This document shows, piece by piece, positions 13,045-28,018 of a stretch of DNA of 64,000 nt. The notes under the pieces were generated by a model. The model saw nothing but the letters and a program-made list of their open reading frames with translations. It ran no database searches and was not told where the DNA came from. Position numbers and translations under genes: made by a program. The first letter of the stretch is position 1, and every line of letters begins with the position of its first letter. The DNA comes from Auanema rhodensis (Eukaryota; Animalia; Nematoda), in NCBI GenBank assembly GCA_964057225.1, contig OZ059897.1, positions 8,618,001-8,682,000 on the forward strand. The letters are read 5' to 3'.

Positions 13045-14355
13045 ATGGTTCATTGGACTATTATAGTATTTATGTTATCTATCATTTTTTCATTTTTCTA
13101 TATTTTGAGTACATTCGAAAGAAGTTTTTATTCGTATTCGATAGGTATAACTCAATTCGAGATTTTTCTAATTTTATATTTCAACTTATTAGGATCATCC
13201 ATTCAACTTAACTCAAATAACTCTTTAGATGGAATTGATCCTGATTCAGGTATAACACTAATAAAACTTAATAAACTATTATAAAATTCCAGAGAAAATG
13301 TTAGTATCTGTACGATTCCTACGATCCTATTATTCAAACTATGCTCATGCTAGAATCATATATTTAAATTCAATAACAACCCAAAGTAACTTCGCAACTC
13401 TTTATAATGTCTTAGTACCAGAGGTATATGATGTTTCCTTGCCTACGGCTATGATGTTTTTTAAGAAAATGAAACGAACAGAATGATTTATTCTTTACTT
13501 TTAGGCATATTGTCCAAATCTTGTTCGAGTAGGAAATGTGAATGATGGAGGTAAATGGGTTTGCAATCCTGAAGAAATACCTAGTAACTGCAGGTATAAT
13601 TAATGATAATTACAAAGTAGATTATTCATGGTTTCTAGTATTTTCTCTCTTGGAATAAGAGAAGATATTACATTTGATCGAGATATACAGCTTTTCAATG
13701 ATAGGTCGTGTAAAATTTTTGGCTACGATATCGTAAGAATTTTCAAAACAAATCTAAAACTTCATTCTAAAATGTTTTGAGACACCACAATCCGAACAAA
13801 CAAAAGAATTTTACAAACAAATAAATGGAGAAATATATAATAGAAGAATTGCAGCTGAGACTGTAATTCCAGAAAACAAATACGCTTTAGGTTACTACTT
13901 TACACATTGATCAACTTTAAATTCATATTTTTAGCTGATTTAATGAAAGAAAATAATATTAATGAACTAGAAATACTGAAGATTGATATTGAAGGCTCAG
14001 AATATCAGACGATTGTTCCATTTTTGAAAAAACATAAAATCTGTCAGGTTATTACATATTTGTACTTCGATCTAATTTTATCGAACGTCTTCAGATTTTT
14101 ATTGAATTACATGGATCAGCATTTGATATGATCTCACTGTTACATGCCATAGCAGTGTAAGAAAAAGATTTTTATTTTTCAAAGTAATTTTATCTATATT
14201 TTAGACAAGACTACTACTTATTCTCATATGAAATTAATGGAGATAGTTTGAGAGCATGTGAATTTTCAATAATTCATTCTTCCTGTATGAAAGCTTATGG
14301 AGCATTTCCATTAGCACCTTATTTGAAATATTTAAATAAGAGGAAATATTTATAA
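13045..14355 (+). CDS. Nematode methyltransferase-domain protein (Methyltransf_22/FkbM-like) with N-terminal membrane anchor
   Basis: Exons give [78 protein letters not shown]. Confidence 0.85.
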
Positions 14356-14393
14356 TGTTCTCAGATAATGTTTTAGTATAATATATGTTTCAT

Positions 14394-16518
14394 TTAACTT
14401 TTCCAAAATGATTTTTTCGTTTTTCGTTCATCCTTTTCAATATCGTAAAGTTCACGATCACAAATCATTGTATGGCTCTTCACTCCTGTAAAAATAATTG
14501 TTTGAAGGAAAAGCTGTACAAAGAGTTTAAAGCTAACCTTTGACGAAATCTCGAAAGTCATTAACAAACAATAATGAAATTTCAGCTGTTCGGACATAGC
14601 AATCCACTTCTGTACTTTCAGTCCATATCAATTGTTCCAATTTTGAATTCAAATCATAATTAATTTTTTCGGGTTCTTCTTCGTATTTGTATTTCTTAAT
14701 TTAAACATTTATATAAATTTTCTTAAATTTGCGATAAATGTCCATACTTCAACATAATCTTCAATTTTCTTGATGCACATTGCAACAAGTTCAGGAAGTA
14801 GTTCTGGGAACCATTCTCTAGTACGAACAGCTCTTCTTTTTCTAACATTATCGTACATTTGTCTCATTTCTGTTAAAAATTAAATTTAAAAAAATTAAAT
14901 TTTTGTAATAATTCTTACCAGCTCCAAGATATAATTGAGGTTTTGGAACAAAAGCTTCCAAACCCTGACGTTTCTGAAAAAAAATGATTTTGTCTTCTTT
15001 GAAACTTTTCAAACAAAATTGAATAAACCTGCTGTTCTTGTAAAAGTGTTTCTTTAATCTTCATACATTCATAGTTTGCACTGTGGTGTATGATATTATT
15101 CCATATAGTATCAACCATTGGGCCACAAACACGTATACTCTCGTCTAATCGTGGCAACTTCAATCCCTATTTCAAACTTGTTCGTCAATTTACTCGAATA
15201 TTGACACAAATACCTTCAGACCTCTTACCATCATTGACGCTGATTCAGTATAGTTTCGAGGGAAGTAGCCACCTTCAAGAATTGCAATAACCCTGTTGGG
15301 TGTAATTTCATTAAGACTACGAGCGATATGACCGTATCTGAAAGATTTGACTGAAGCAGAAGCACAACAATGAAACTGTTCAGCCATACCCATGAGCTTT
15401 AACAGCTTGACCAAACTCAAGCATGATATCGTAATAACCAGAATCAAAGCCAGCGGATATCAGCGTCATCTGATATAGATATTTCCAAACTCGTTACTCA
15501 ACAACAGCTGAGAAAATAAAATAGAAAAAACGAACTTCTGGCTGCCATTCTTTCAAAATTGGTAAAATAACATGATGAAACGCGGCCATAAAATCAATCT
15601 CTGTGTTCATAGCTCCATTCAAAGGAATAAAAACAGTATTTTCTGAAAACAAGGAGAAAATCTTCATATAAGAAGTGATCGATGAGTACTTTTTGCTGTA
15701 TCAAAATTGAATTCTTTCAAAAACGGCCAAAATGATGCTTGACAGTATGAATGAAGAGAAACAAACAATATATTTTCTTCTTCTTTAACTGAATAATAAG
15801 TGCCGTTTCCAGCATGATAATCAAAGTCAATGATAGCAACCTTGGAGATATGTAAATAAAGAGTGAAAATTTTGGATCTTATACCTTTGATACACCGAAT
15901 TTCTTTACAGCCATTTTGGCCGCAATTGCAACATTGTTGTAAATACAGTACCCTTGCGGAAGTTTGCCATATGAATGATGGCCTGGTGGACGAACAATGG
16001 CGAATCCATTACCAATCCTAGAAATAGACATAGGATTGAAATATAGTATTTATGTACTAAAGCAACTTTTTGTCGATATTAGCCTTAACTATGTCGATTG
16101 CTGAACCAACTGCGAGTCTCGCAGTAAATTCACTCTCAGGATTTAACCAAAGTATTTCCTTATCGCTAAAAAAATTTAAAAAATGATAAGAGCTGCCACT
16201 CTGCACTTATGAACAAACCGGCAGTATTCTTCACATTCTTCTGAACTTGATAAGCCATTAAGTTCAGAAATTAACTCTGGTGGATGGTTAAGAAGCAGTT
16301 CTTCATCAGTAGCTGCTCGCGAAGGAATCTTTAACACAAATATAGAAGAAAAGATTTCATCTCTACTCTACCAAAGTAGCATCATTCAAAAAGCCATCTG
16401 ATAGCAATCTTTCGAAAATCAAGCTCATACGCTCCGGCCTTTCAGCCATAGTCTTGTCATAAGAGCAAGTGTGACGTAGCATACGTTCATCGTAAGCATA
16501 TCCAAAAGGTAATTCCAT
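14394..16518 (-). CDS. hda-5: Class II histone deacetylase, hda-5-like, multi-exon
   Basis: MELPFGYAYDERMLRH..ERPER, NGFAIVRPPGHH, GYCIYNNVAIAA, IIDFDYHAGNG, ISAGFDSG, AILEGGY (catalytic His/Asp/Tyr intact). The C-terminal VRTREWFPE and MICDREL segments match my recollection of C. elegans HDA-5. Confidence 0.85.
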
Positions 16519-17357
16519 ATTTCTATGAAAAAGATTTAAAAAATGATATAACGAAATAAAATATATGAAAGGATATGCGAGTGCAATTCAATCGAAACTA
16601 GGTTGTACATGATTATTGGTCTACTACGCAGTATTTAAGAGTAGCAGGTAACAGAGTATCCATCTCTCAAAGAACAAGAACAAACTAAAATAAGGAAACA
16701 ATTGCCTACTCATACTTGAGAGAAATTCCAAACAGCTGTACCATATTTAAGAGAAAATGAACAATACATTCTGCTTATCATTAGAGGGTAATAATGCGAG
16801 AGAAGAAGCAATATGTGGAAATTTTATTTGGTACCCGGGGCTACCAAAGGAAATTACGAAACAAGATCATCTTTTATCAGTCAATTGCAAATATTTATTT
16901 GCTTCTTTACTACGAAAATTAAAAAGTAAATATACATATATACTTCTGCCTACATGTCGATAATAGTATATTTTTTTGAAATATGAAGTACCACTGTGGC
17001 TATTACACATTTGTAGTAAACGATCTTTAGTTGTTTTGACATATAAACGAACTTAATGTTATGATCTATATACATATATAGATATATAGATACATATAGC
17101 AGGTATGATAATAAACTTGTTTATCCTCTTTGTCTGGTTTCTATGCAAAGCTCCATGTAATTGTCTTGATTCATGTATTAAAAAAATGAAATTCGAAAAT
17201 CTAGAGAGGTTTCACATAGATTAATATACTACTCTGTCCATATACAAAATCAATATTCATTTATTAAATATATTATTATACACCTTGCGCAATTCAAGCG
17301 CTTTTCATTAAGATTTCTGCTGTCAATTGTAAGGGAAAATACTTTTGCAGTTGGGTT

Positions 17358-17390
17358 ATTGGTCCCGCCACATTTGTGCTAAAAACAGTA
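17358..17390. promoter_or_regulatory. Candidate promoter motif GGTCCCGCCAC...ACAGTA in the divergent hda-5/patr-1 intergenic region
   Basis: GC-rich island in AT-rich DNA. The 11-mer ATTGGTCCCGC recurs in reverse complement at 21338-21348, upstream of eif-3.B. Confidence 0.45.
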
Positions 17391-17543
17391 CGGGCGGTTT
17401 TGCTTAATTCTTTGTATTAAAAAGTTTAACCTTTTTTCTACATTTTGTCTGTTTCTAAACAAGTTTTTTTCGAAATTATATATAAGATATTTCAGAAAAT
17501 TTGAATACTAATATAAATAACCCATTTAATATATATACTAACA

Positions 17544-20500
17544 ATGAGCAAGCCCTTGGGGGGCCAATATCTTGATGAAATTGAAGCAGACTTGATGTTT
17601 GGTAAATTTTGTTCCGAAAGATATACTTCTAATGATCAGTATTTGAGGTGAACTTCCTGACGAAGATCTCTCACCTCCAGGTGCAGATGAATCAGAAATT
17701 GACGCTAATAATGACGAAACCTTTGGCGCCGAAATCGTAGGCGGCGGAGACGAGTTAGAAGACTATGCTGCTCAGGTAAGAAATGTTGCTTATATTTTTA
17801 AAATGTTTATTTTTGATAGACTGCTTGTTTACGATTAGATGACGGTTGGGGAGAAAAAACGGGCTTCAACGTTGATGCTCCTGATGCTTCTCAACTTCCT
17901 ATTCCTGATTTCGGTCTTAACATGTTCGAACCTTTTAAGAGCAAGGATTTCGAAAAAATGTCATTTGTAAGGAAAACATGGATAATATTCATTTAAACTT
18001 GGATCTTCAGGGTAAACTTGAAGGCGTATGGCATGGAAAAAACTCTTTGTTCGATGTGTGGGATAAAGAAAAGTCAAATTATTCAATTCTTACTCCATCT
18101 GGAATAGCTGTAAGTTCGATTATCCTGAAAACTAAGTTTATTCATGTTTTTGAAGAATTCTGCTTTTAATATGGATTCTGCACCTGCTTGGGATTTCAAC
18201 AAAACTGACTTCTCAAGTCCCTTCAATGTACCAAGCTCTTCACAAAATTTTCGAACTGTAACGTGTTTTTTTATATTTCTCAATTTTATTGCTCAATTAA
18301 GGCGGAAGATTTGGAACGAGAACTTCTGGGTAATAGAAATATTCCTCAAGTCAATTCTGTAATGACGGTGCCACCCGTACCTCAGCATTCATCAGAAGCA
18401 GCTATCCCTACCATTCCTACATCGGCTTTGTCAGCTGAAGAGTTAGAAAAGAATTTTCTACGTGATTCTACGAAAAAGGAGAAGCCTCTTCCGGCTACCC
18501 AGGTTCCACCTTCATTGCAGCCACCTGTTCTCCCTCCCGGTTTTCCACCTCATTTCCCGGTTCGTCAACCTCCTCAGTTCCCCAATATGGTAAGAACGGT
18601 TTTTTAGACGATGTGTACATTTTTTTAATTTATAGAATCCAGGCTTTATGCCACCAAATATGAATTTCCGTCCTCCACAATTCCCTCCAATTCCGCCTGG
18701 TTTTAGGCAATATGTTTTTGCTTGGTGCGATGTGTTGTTAGGAAAGACAAAGTATCTACCACCCAATACTCCTCCTGTTCATCCAATGGTAATGCAAATG
18801 CTCTACCAAACTCGGGTCAGTATTTGCTTATTTCGAATTTATGTACAGTCTTTCTTTAGGATCCCAAGATTGTTGCATCCATGCTTATTAGAGCTGCCTC
18901 AGCTCCAACAAATGTAGATGTTCCTGTTTATACGCGACAGGTTTTTTGTCAAAATTATTAACTTACTTTCAAAATTTTTAAAGTTTGGCGGTCATAAGAA
19001 AGCTCCAGGAATGCCATCTGACAAGACCATTGAAGATCTGGCCTTAGATAAATTTGCTGGATTTATGTCTTGGAAAGAAAGACAATATTTGGAAAGGATT
19101 CAAAGTATTCAATGCCAAGGAAACGGTAACCCATATGAAGAGGATTATTATTACATTGTAAGCGAATCATATCATTTTTTGATCTCATTTTTCAATTATC
19201 CAGTGTTGGAAACAGAAAAGGACTGTGTTAGGTGATATCACTCCTGTAATGGCTGATAAGAAACCTACTGAAAGCGAGTCAAGTGAACATGGAAGGGTTT
19301 GTGTTAGCACTTGTAAATACTTATCTGAGCTGGAAATTTAAGAACATTCATCAGAGAAGGAATAGGGAAACATCTAAATATAATGATAAAGACGAAAAGA
19401 AAGTTCCTTTGAATGTGAAATTTGCTGGTAGTTTGGGACTTCCAACTAAATGTACTACAAGTAATCCTCGTCATGTATGTTGTTTATTTAGATACTGTAT
19501 ATAGTTTTTTTTTTAGCTCATTAGCGTTAATATTTCCGATAATAATGAAGATGAAAATGAGGATGCAAAACCTCAAGCAGGAGCTCAGAAGAAGCTCCGA
19601 ACTCTACTTATACGAGTGGAAGCTGCTCTTTCTCTTGTTATGCAAATTAATGAGAAGAGAATAGCTCTACAACAGTATGATGACCAAGAGTCAAAGTAAT
19701 TATAATATAGCCAAATTCTCCTAGTATTGATATTCATTTCTTCAGAGCAATCTTGATAAAGGATATCGAGAACGCTGTTCAGCTCATATATGCAGATTTG
19801 CTAAGAGATGATCTCTCGAAAGTTTTGCAGGTAATATTTCGAGTGACTTAAGTTCTTATTTCAAAATTATTTACAGATTAATAAAGGTAGATTATTGTTT
19901 TCGAGATTAGTGCAAGTATGTTTTGCTTCCAAACTCGGATTGCTTATTAATTGTGTTTTTCAAAATAAAGTATCGTTAGCTAAAAGCCAATACGAAGAGG
20001 TAATGAGAAACAAAATAATTGTCTATGATTCTTTTTCAAATTTTAGGTTAGTCGTGAGCTGATTCATGGTATACATACTTCAATCAGCCGGGTTCATAAG
20101 AACGAGTTTAACGTTGTTTTTAACGCTCTTAACCCAGCTTTCATGACAAAACCTTTAGAAGATAATAATACTGTAAGGATTACTCTAGGGTTATTCATTT
20201 ATAAATTAATATTTTTTCAGTTCTGTTGCCAAATTTTCCTTAGTATTATTCATGTTGCCGCATTGAATAAGGTAGCATTTGCCTCCCCTTTTCGATTGTG
20301 GTTAAAATCGCCTGAAAATAAACTTCATTGTAATCCTAAAGAATGGTATAGAGTAACACTACTTCGAAGTCTTAAATAACGTTTTTTTCAGGGATTCAAT
20401 TGTTAAACAATGGATTAAAAAATTGAATGTTTCCTACAAAGATGTTTTATTAATGGTTGAATGGTGTACGAGAACTGTTGTTGATGTTAGTGCGCCAACT

Positions 20501-20545
20501 GTATGCTCATATCTTGCTTCAACACTCTCGAAGTGTCTTGAGTGA
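17544..20545 (+). CDS. patr-1: Pat1 family mRNA decapping activator / P-body protein, multi-exon
   Basis: N-terminal acidic region with NDETFG motif, Pro-rich middle, and conserved FAGFMSWKERQYLERIQSIQCQGNGNPYEEDYYY and FAGSLGLPTKCTTSNPR segments; stop TGA 20543-20545. Confidence 0.9.
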
Positions 20546-20905
20546 ATTATGTACTAATATGTTACGGGTTTATGCTCACCTTTATTTCTGGTCATTTTTA
20601 TCAATTTCGATTTTCTCAATGTTTATAGAATTTGTTAATTTGTTAATCGATTTATTGCATTTGATTGGCCATAATGGGTAGATATGCGTGGTGATTATTC
20701 ATTTATGTGGCTTCGTTTTTCCCTCGATTGAGATTATTGTTCAAAGAACTTTTTTAAGCTCTTTCATACTTGAATTTATTAATTATAATTATTATAATGA
20801 TTAATATTATATCTTCGTAGCTTGTTTCAAGACCTGGTGTTTCAACACTTGATTATTTTATTGTATATTATTTTAATGTTTATGCTTATATCAATTTTAG
20901 AAGAA

Positions 20906-21187
20906 ATGGCCGATGCTATTCGTGGAGTATGGCAATCTATTGTCACTGCCAAGCGCAATTACCTTAACCCCCACGAGCATTTCGGTAGAATGATGATCTG
21001 TCGTTGTGCCCTTGCTAGTTACGTTGGAATCTATTTCCTTGCCAAGTGGAATTCCGCTAAGAAGGTAACAGGAATAATAAAAATGAGACTAACTGCTCTA
21101 TGATTTCAGGCTAAGGCTCTTGAAGCTCAAAAGGCCGCAGAGAGAAAGAACATCATCCAAGACTCTCTTCTCCGTGCTGGACTTTAG
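20906..21187 (+). CDS. 78-aa single-TM microprotein resembling ATP synthase subunit DAPIT/USMG5 (ATP5MK); exons 20906-21064 and 21110-21187
   Basis: MADAIRGVWQSIVTAKRNYLNPHEHFGRMMICRCALASYVGIYFLAKWNSAKK|AKALEAQKAAERKNIIQDSLLRAGL*. The KxxYxNxxxxxGRM-TM-KK pattern resembles DAPIT; codon use is that of highly expressed genes; TTTTAG acceptor 5 nt before ATG. Confidence 0.7.
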
Positions 21188-21450
21188 ATTAGACTCCGTA
21201 TATTTTTTTGTAGATTATAGTATCTATGTTGTTTGGAGTAAATGAAGAACATTAAGAAATTTGTTTCGTTTTGTTATCGGTTTTTACCCATGATCCTATT
21301 TGTTCGGCTGTGCGGCAATTGCGCTGTGTAAATCGCTGCGGGACCAATTTTTTCACAATAATTATAAATGGTGGAGAATTGCATAATACTCGATTCTTTC
21401 CATAATTCTTTTCATTTAATTCACATTTAAATTTATTTTATCAGGTCAAA

Positions 21451-24354
<2,904 letters not shown>

Positions 24355-24609
24355 AGATTTTTTGTTATCGTTTTTTCCTTTCCCTTTTAATGAAATGCAT
24401 ACGAAGACATCGTTCCGTTTTTGGGTTTTCTGTTTGTATCAGCCGTTTGTTGCTAAAGTATCTAACTGGCTCTACTGGTTTTATCTCGATCTTTATGCCA
24501 CTTTGGTGTTGTTTTTCTTTTTGTTGAACCAATTGATGAGTCGAGATAATAACAAGTTGTTGAGAATAAATATTTTATACTTAGACTTGACAAGTGCAAT
24601 ACAATAATT

Positions 24610-25454
24610 TCAAAATGCCTTCACAAATGATTCTCTCACAGTAAGATTGTCCAAGTGTTTCTGTGTTTTCGCTAAAAGACACTTCCAAGCGTTTTCTTCT
24701 TCCTCGAGCTTTTCAGGACATTGGTTTCTATACAGATCTTCAATAATTTCCGTACCTCTATTCTGTAAAACGAATATGCAAAACCAATAAAATAAATTGA
24801 AGCACTTACATAAAGCTTGAGATCTTGAAGGGCTATAACTTTTTTTTCAGTCAAATTATCAATGTCTTTTTGCTACAAACAATCCTCTTTAATAGAAACA
24901 AGGCTAAAGGCTTACCTTATTACACTCAGTATAACGGTCAAAGAAAACTTTTTCAACTCTACTTAATAAATATTTCGGCCGCAGCCCAGGAGTAGGAGTT
25001 ACGTCAGCTACTGATGCTCTTTTATGTGGTCGCTTCATGTCAACTCTACATTAATTTAAAGATTAAAAATAGTTGACATAGAAAAAGAAATTAAGGAATT
25101 AAGTATTTTAAAAATTGAATACATACTTAGGATCTCCTGATTTTATTTCATTATAACGATGCAAAAGGGTAGCCCAAACTTGACATTCCTCATCAACGCT
25201 CTCCATGTATTTCGTGAGATCATTCATTTTACCGAGTATATCTGTATCTTCCAACTAAATAATATTGTGTACTATTTTCAAATAGACTATGTTTACCCCA
25301 CAAATGGATGCAGATAAAACAGGTACAGATGTTGGTGATTCTCCGCCCATGGTTACCATGCTGCGACGCCCTCTACTCGACCGTCTTCTACTCTTCTAAA
25401 CAAAAATAAAAAATTTGCATAAATAAACCCGAAAATTACCTTCACGGCATCCAT
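24610..25454 (-). CDS. 195-aa protein, candidate divergent DSN1/KNL-3-like (Mis12 complex) subunit; 6 exons (25454-25440, 25395-25297, 25254-25127, 25045-24916, 24872-24810, 24762-24610)
   Basis: All introns GT-AG and phase-compatible: MDAVK|KSRRRSSRGRRSMVTMGG...|...DLTKYMESVDEECQVWATLLHRYNEIK...|...KLEEEENAWKCLLAKTQKHL...VKAF*. The gene model is solid; the family call is tentative. Confidence 0.75.
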
Positions 25455-25530
25455 AATTTGAATATAGCTTTCACGTAATTGGTTAGTAATAAAGCTAACT
25501 ACGCTTGTCTTGGGGCCCTCGTATAACAGA

Positions 25531-25552
25531 TTCAAAAAATAATTTTCGCGCC
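25531..25552 (-). promoter_or_regulatory. CDE-CHR (E2F/DREAM-type) cell-cycle promoter element
   Basis: Minus strand reads GGCGCGAAAATTATTTTTTGAA (E2F/CDE site followed by CHR TTTGAA), ~80 bp upstream of the minus-strand gene and within the 271-bp divergent spacer shared with rpn-9. Confidence 0.6.
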
Positions 25553-25725
25553 ACTACATATTAGCATTGGGTCAGTTTTTCAACTTACTGAAAATATCCC
25601 CGACCTTTAACCTAACTTGATGATTTTAAATATATGACATGAAATTATTCGTCTTAGTTTAATATTATGTGCTATTTTGTGGTATATTTAACTTCTGAAT
25701 AATTCTATTTAAATTTTTATAGCTT

Positions 25726-27423
25726 ATGGCTGAGAACGTAGTTATATATTTGGCTAAGCAGAAGTCTGTAGCCAAGAGCAATGTTGCTGATAATTGGCAC
25801 AAGCTTGAGGAACTTTATGCTAAAAAGTAGTCATACAACTTTTTACGAATAATATTTTATTTCAATTAAAGATTGTGGCATCCATTAACCAGAGAAGTGC
25901 GTGCTCTGATTGTTAATTCTGATTTTATTGCTAATTTGAATCTCAAGGAATTTTATGAGAAGTATTGTACAGTGAATTTTATGTTATATATCCGTTTTTT
26001 TTTAGTTTCATCAGTGAGTTTGAATTGAGAATCAGTTCTCTTCAATTGGTTGAGATTGCCCTTCCTGTCGCTAGATACATTGCTCAAACTAGTAGGCTTT
26101 TTAAATATTATTTTATTAAAATTTCCATATTATAGATAAAGAAGAGGCATACGCTTTTCTTGCTAAGTTGAAGACTAAGGTTCTTAAAGACAAGGTAAGC
26201 TTAATCACTTGTTTATAACGTATATATTTTCAATATTATTCTCAGGTTGCCGTTGCCAGAATTCATACGGGTGAAATAGAACTTCGTTTGAGTCACAGAG
26301 ATGCTCAAGATGTTGTTGTTGATATAAAAGTTGTCAGAGTATGTTTCTTTATATTTTTATTTTGTATTTTTTGGTGTTTCAGGATCTCATTGAAACCACC
26401 CAGAAGGAAGTCGATGATCTTAACGGAGTAACTGATGTACATGCTCCTTTCTACAAGGTAAGACTTTATGATTTGATTACGAAATTATATTTATTTAAGG
26501 TGTCCGCTCTTTACTTGAGGGAAGTTGGAGATTTCGCTGGATACTATCGTGAAGCTCTACGTTATCTTGGAGTTGAGGATCCCAATACTTTATCCCGTGA
26601 AGATAAGCATGTCCAAGCTCTTCTTGTTGGTTTTGCCGCACTTTTGGGAGTAAATGTATACAATTTCGGAGAATTAGTAAGATATATATATTTTTGTATA
26701 TTTATACAATTATTTTTAGCTGGCTCACCCTATTTTGAAGGCTCTTGAAAATACCTCCGAAAACTGGTTAATCACGGTATTTTCTCTGCTACTATATCAA
26801 AATTTAATTTCACTTTCAGGTGCTTTTCGCTTTTAATAGCGGAGATTTAAATAAGTTTTACGAAACTGAGAAACACTGGTTTGTTAATTTATAAGTAAAA
26901 CTGATTAAATTCGTATTTAGGACCGAATGGAAAGATTTGAAGAAGAAGAAAGATTTCTTAGTTGGAAAGATTCGCCTTATGGCTATCATGGAGGCATATT
27001 TATTAATTGAAATTAGCATTCTATCGAATTTTTCAGATCGCTCTTGCTCGTCCTTCAAAGGAAAGAAATATTCCTTTCTCTGAAATCGCTGATAAATGTC
27101 AGGTTGATATTAATGAGGTAAATTTTGATATTTGGTTAATAAAGATAATAGTCAAATATTAGGTCGAATTCTTGGTGATGAAAGCTCTATCTAAGGAATT
27201 AATAAAGGGTCTGATCGATCAAGTAAATCAGACTGTGCATGTTACTTGGGTTCAACCTCGAGTTCTTAATACAACCCAGGTTTACTTAGTCATATGTTTG
27301 TTAAAGTGATTTTTTTTCCAGATTTTGTCAATGTGCGACAGGATGGTGCTGTGGAGAAAAGATGTCACAGCGATTGAAAATGTTGTTCATGAAAATGCTC
27401 GGGAGATACTCACTAAAAGCTAA
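25726..27423 (+). CDS. rpn-9: 26S proteasome lid subunit RPN9/PSMD13, multi-exon
   Basis: [82 protein letters not shown] (PCI domain). Confidence 0.97.
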
Positions 27424-27660
27424 AATGTTTTATCTTGTGCTGTATTTATTTCTTTGTGATAAACTATTTTGGTAAAAGTTCCGGTTTTATGTAAAATAAA
27501 TAAGTTTCTCTAATGATTCCCCGTTGATCTTCACTCGGCGTTAGGCACTGTGTACACATACAGAGAGAGAGCTCCACAACGTCTTGTCACCTTAGTTTAT
27601 TCTGGCATATTCTAACAACTTCGTTCACTTTGTTCCGCATTCGAAGTTTTATTCCTGACT

Positions 27661-28018
27661 ATGTACTATTTGAATAACATATTCCTTGTTGTTCTAGCCG
27701 CTCTTCTTTTTATTACTCATATTGAATGCAAATCTGATTGCTACAAGTATGGTCCTTCTGAGTTTACTACTGTTGTAGAATGCAACAAAGGCTGTCAGTA
27801 TTCTTATGAAACGAAAGGTTTTTGCTTTTTTTTGTTAAACTAGTCAGAATTATGCTTCCCTTTAAGGTAATACACAACGTCGTGTTCGTGGAGGTTGTGC
27901 AGAACGGGAAACAAATGGATGTTTTTCGTCGGGCAATTTGGTTACCTGTTCCTGCAGAGGTGACAGATGTAATATCAAAGGTTACGAGATGGATTCTAGT
28001 GACTCCTCCGAGTCTTAA
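27661..28018 (+). CDS. 102-aa secreted three-finger (Ly6/uPAR-like) cysteine-rich protein; exons 27661-27817 and 27867-28018
   Basis: Signal peptide, then DCY..ECNKGCQY..RGGCA..GCF..TCSCRGDRCN: 8 Cys with terminal CxCxxxxCN; acidic tail and no GPI signal. Confidence 0.8.
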
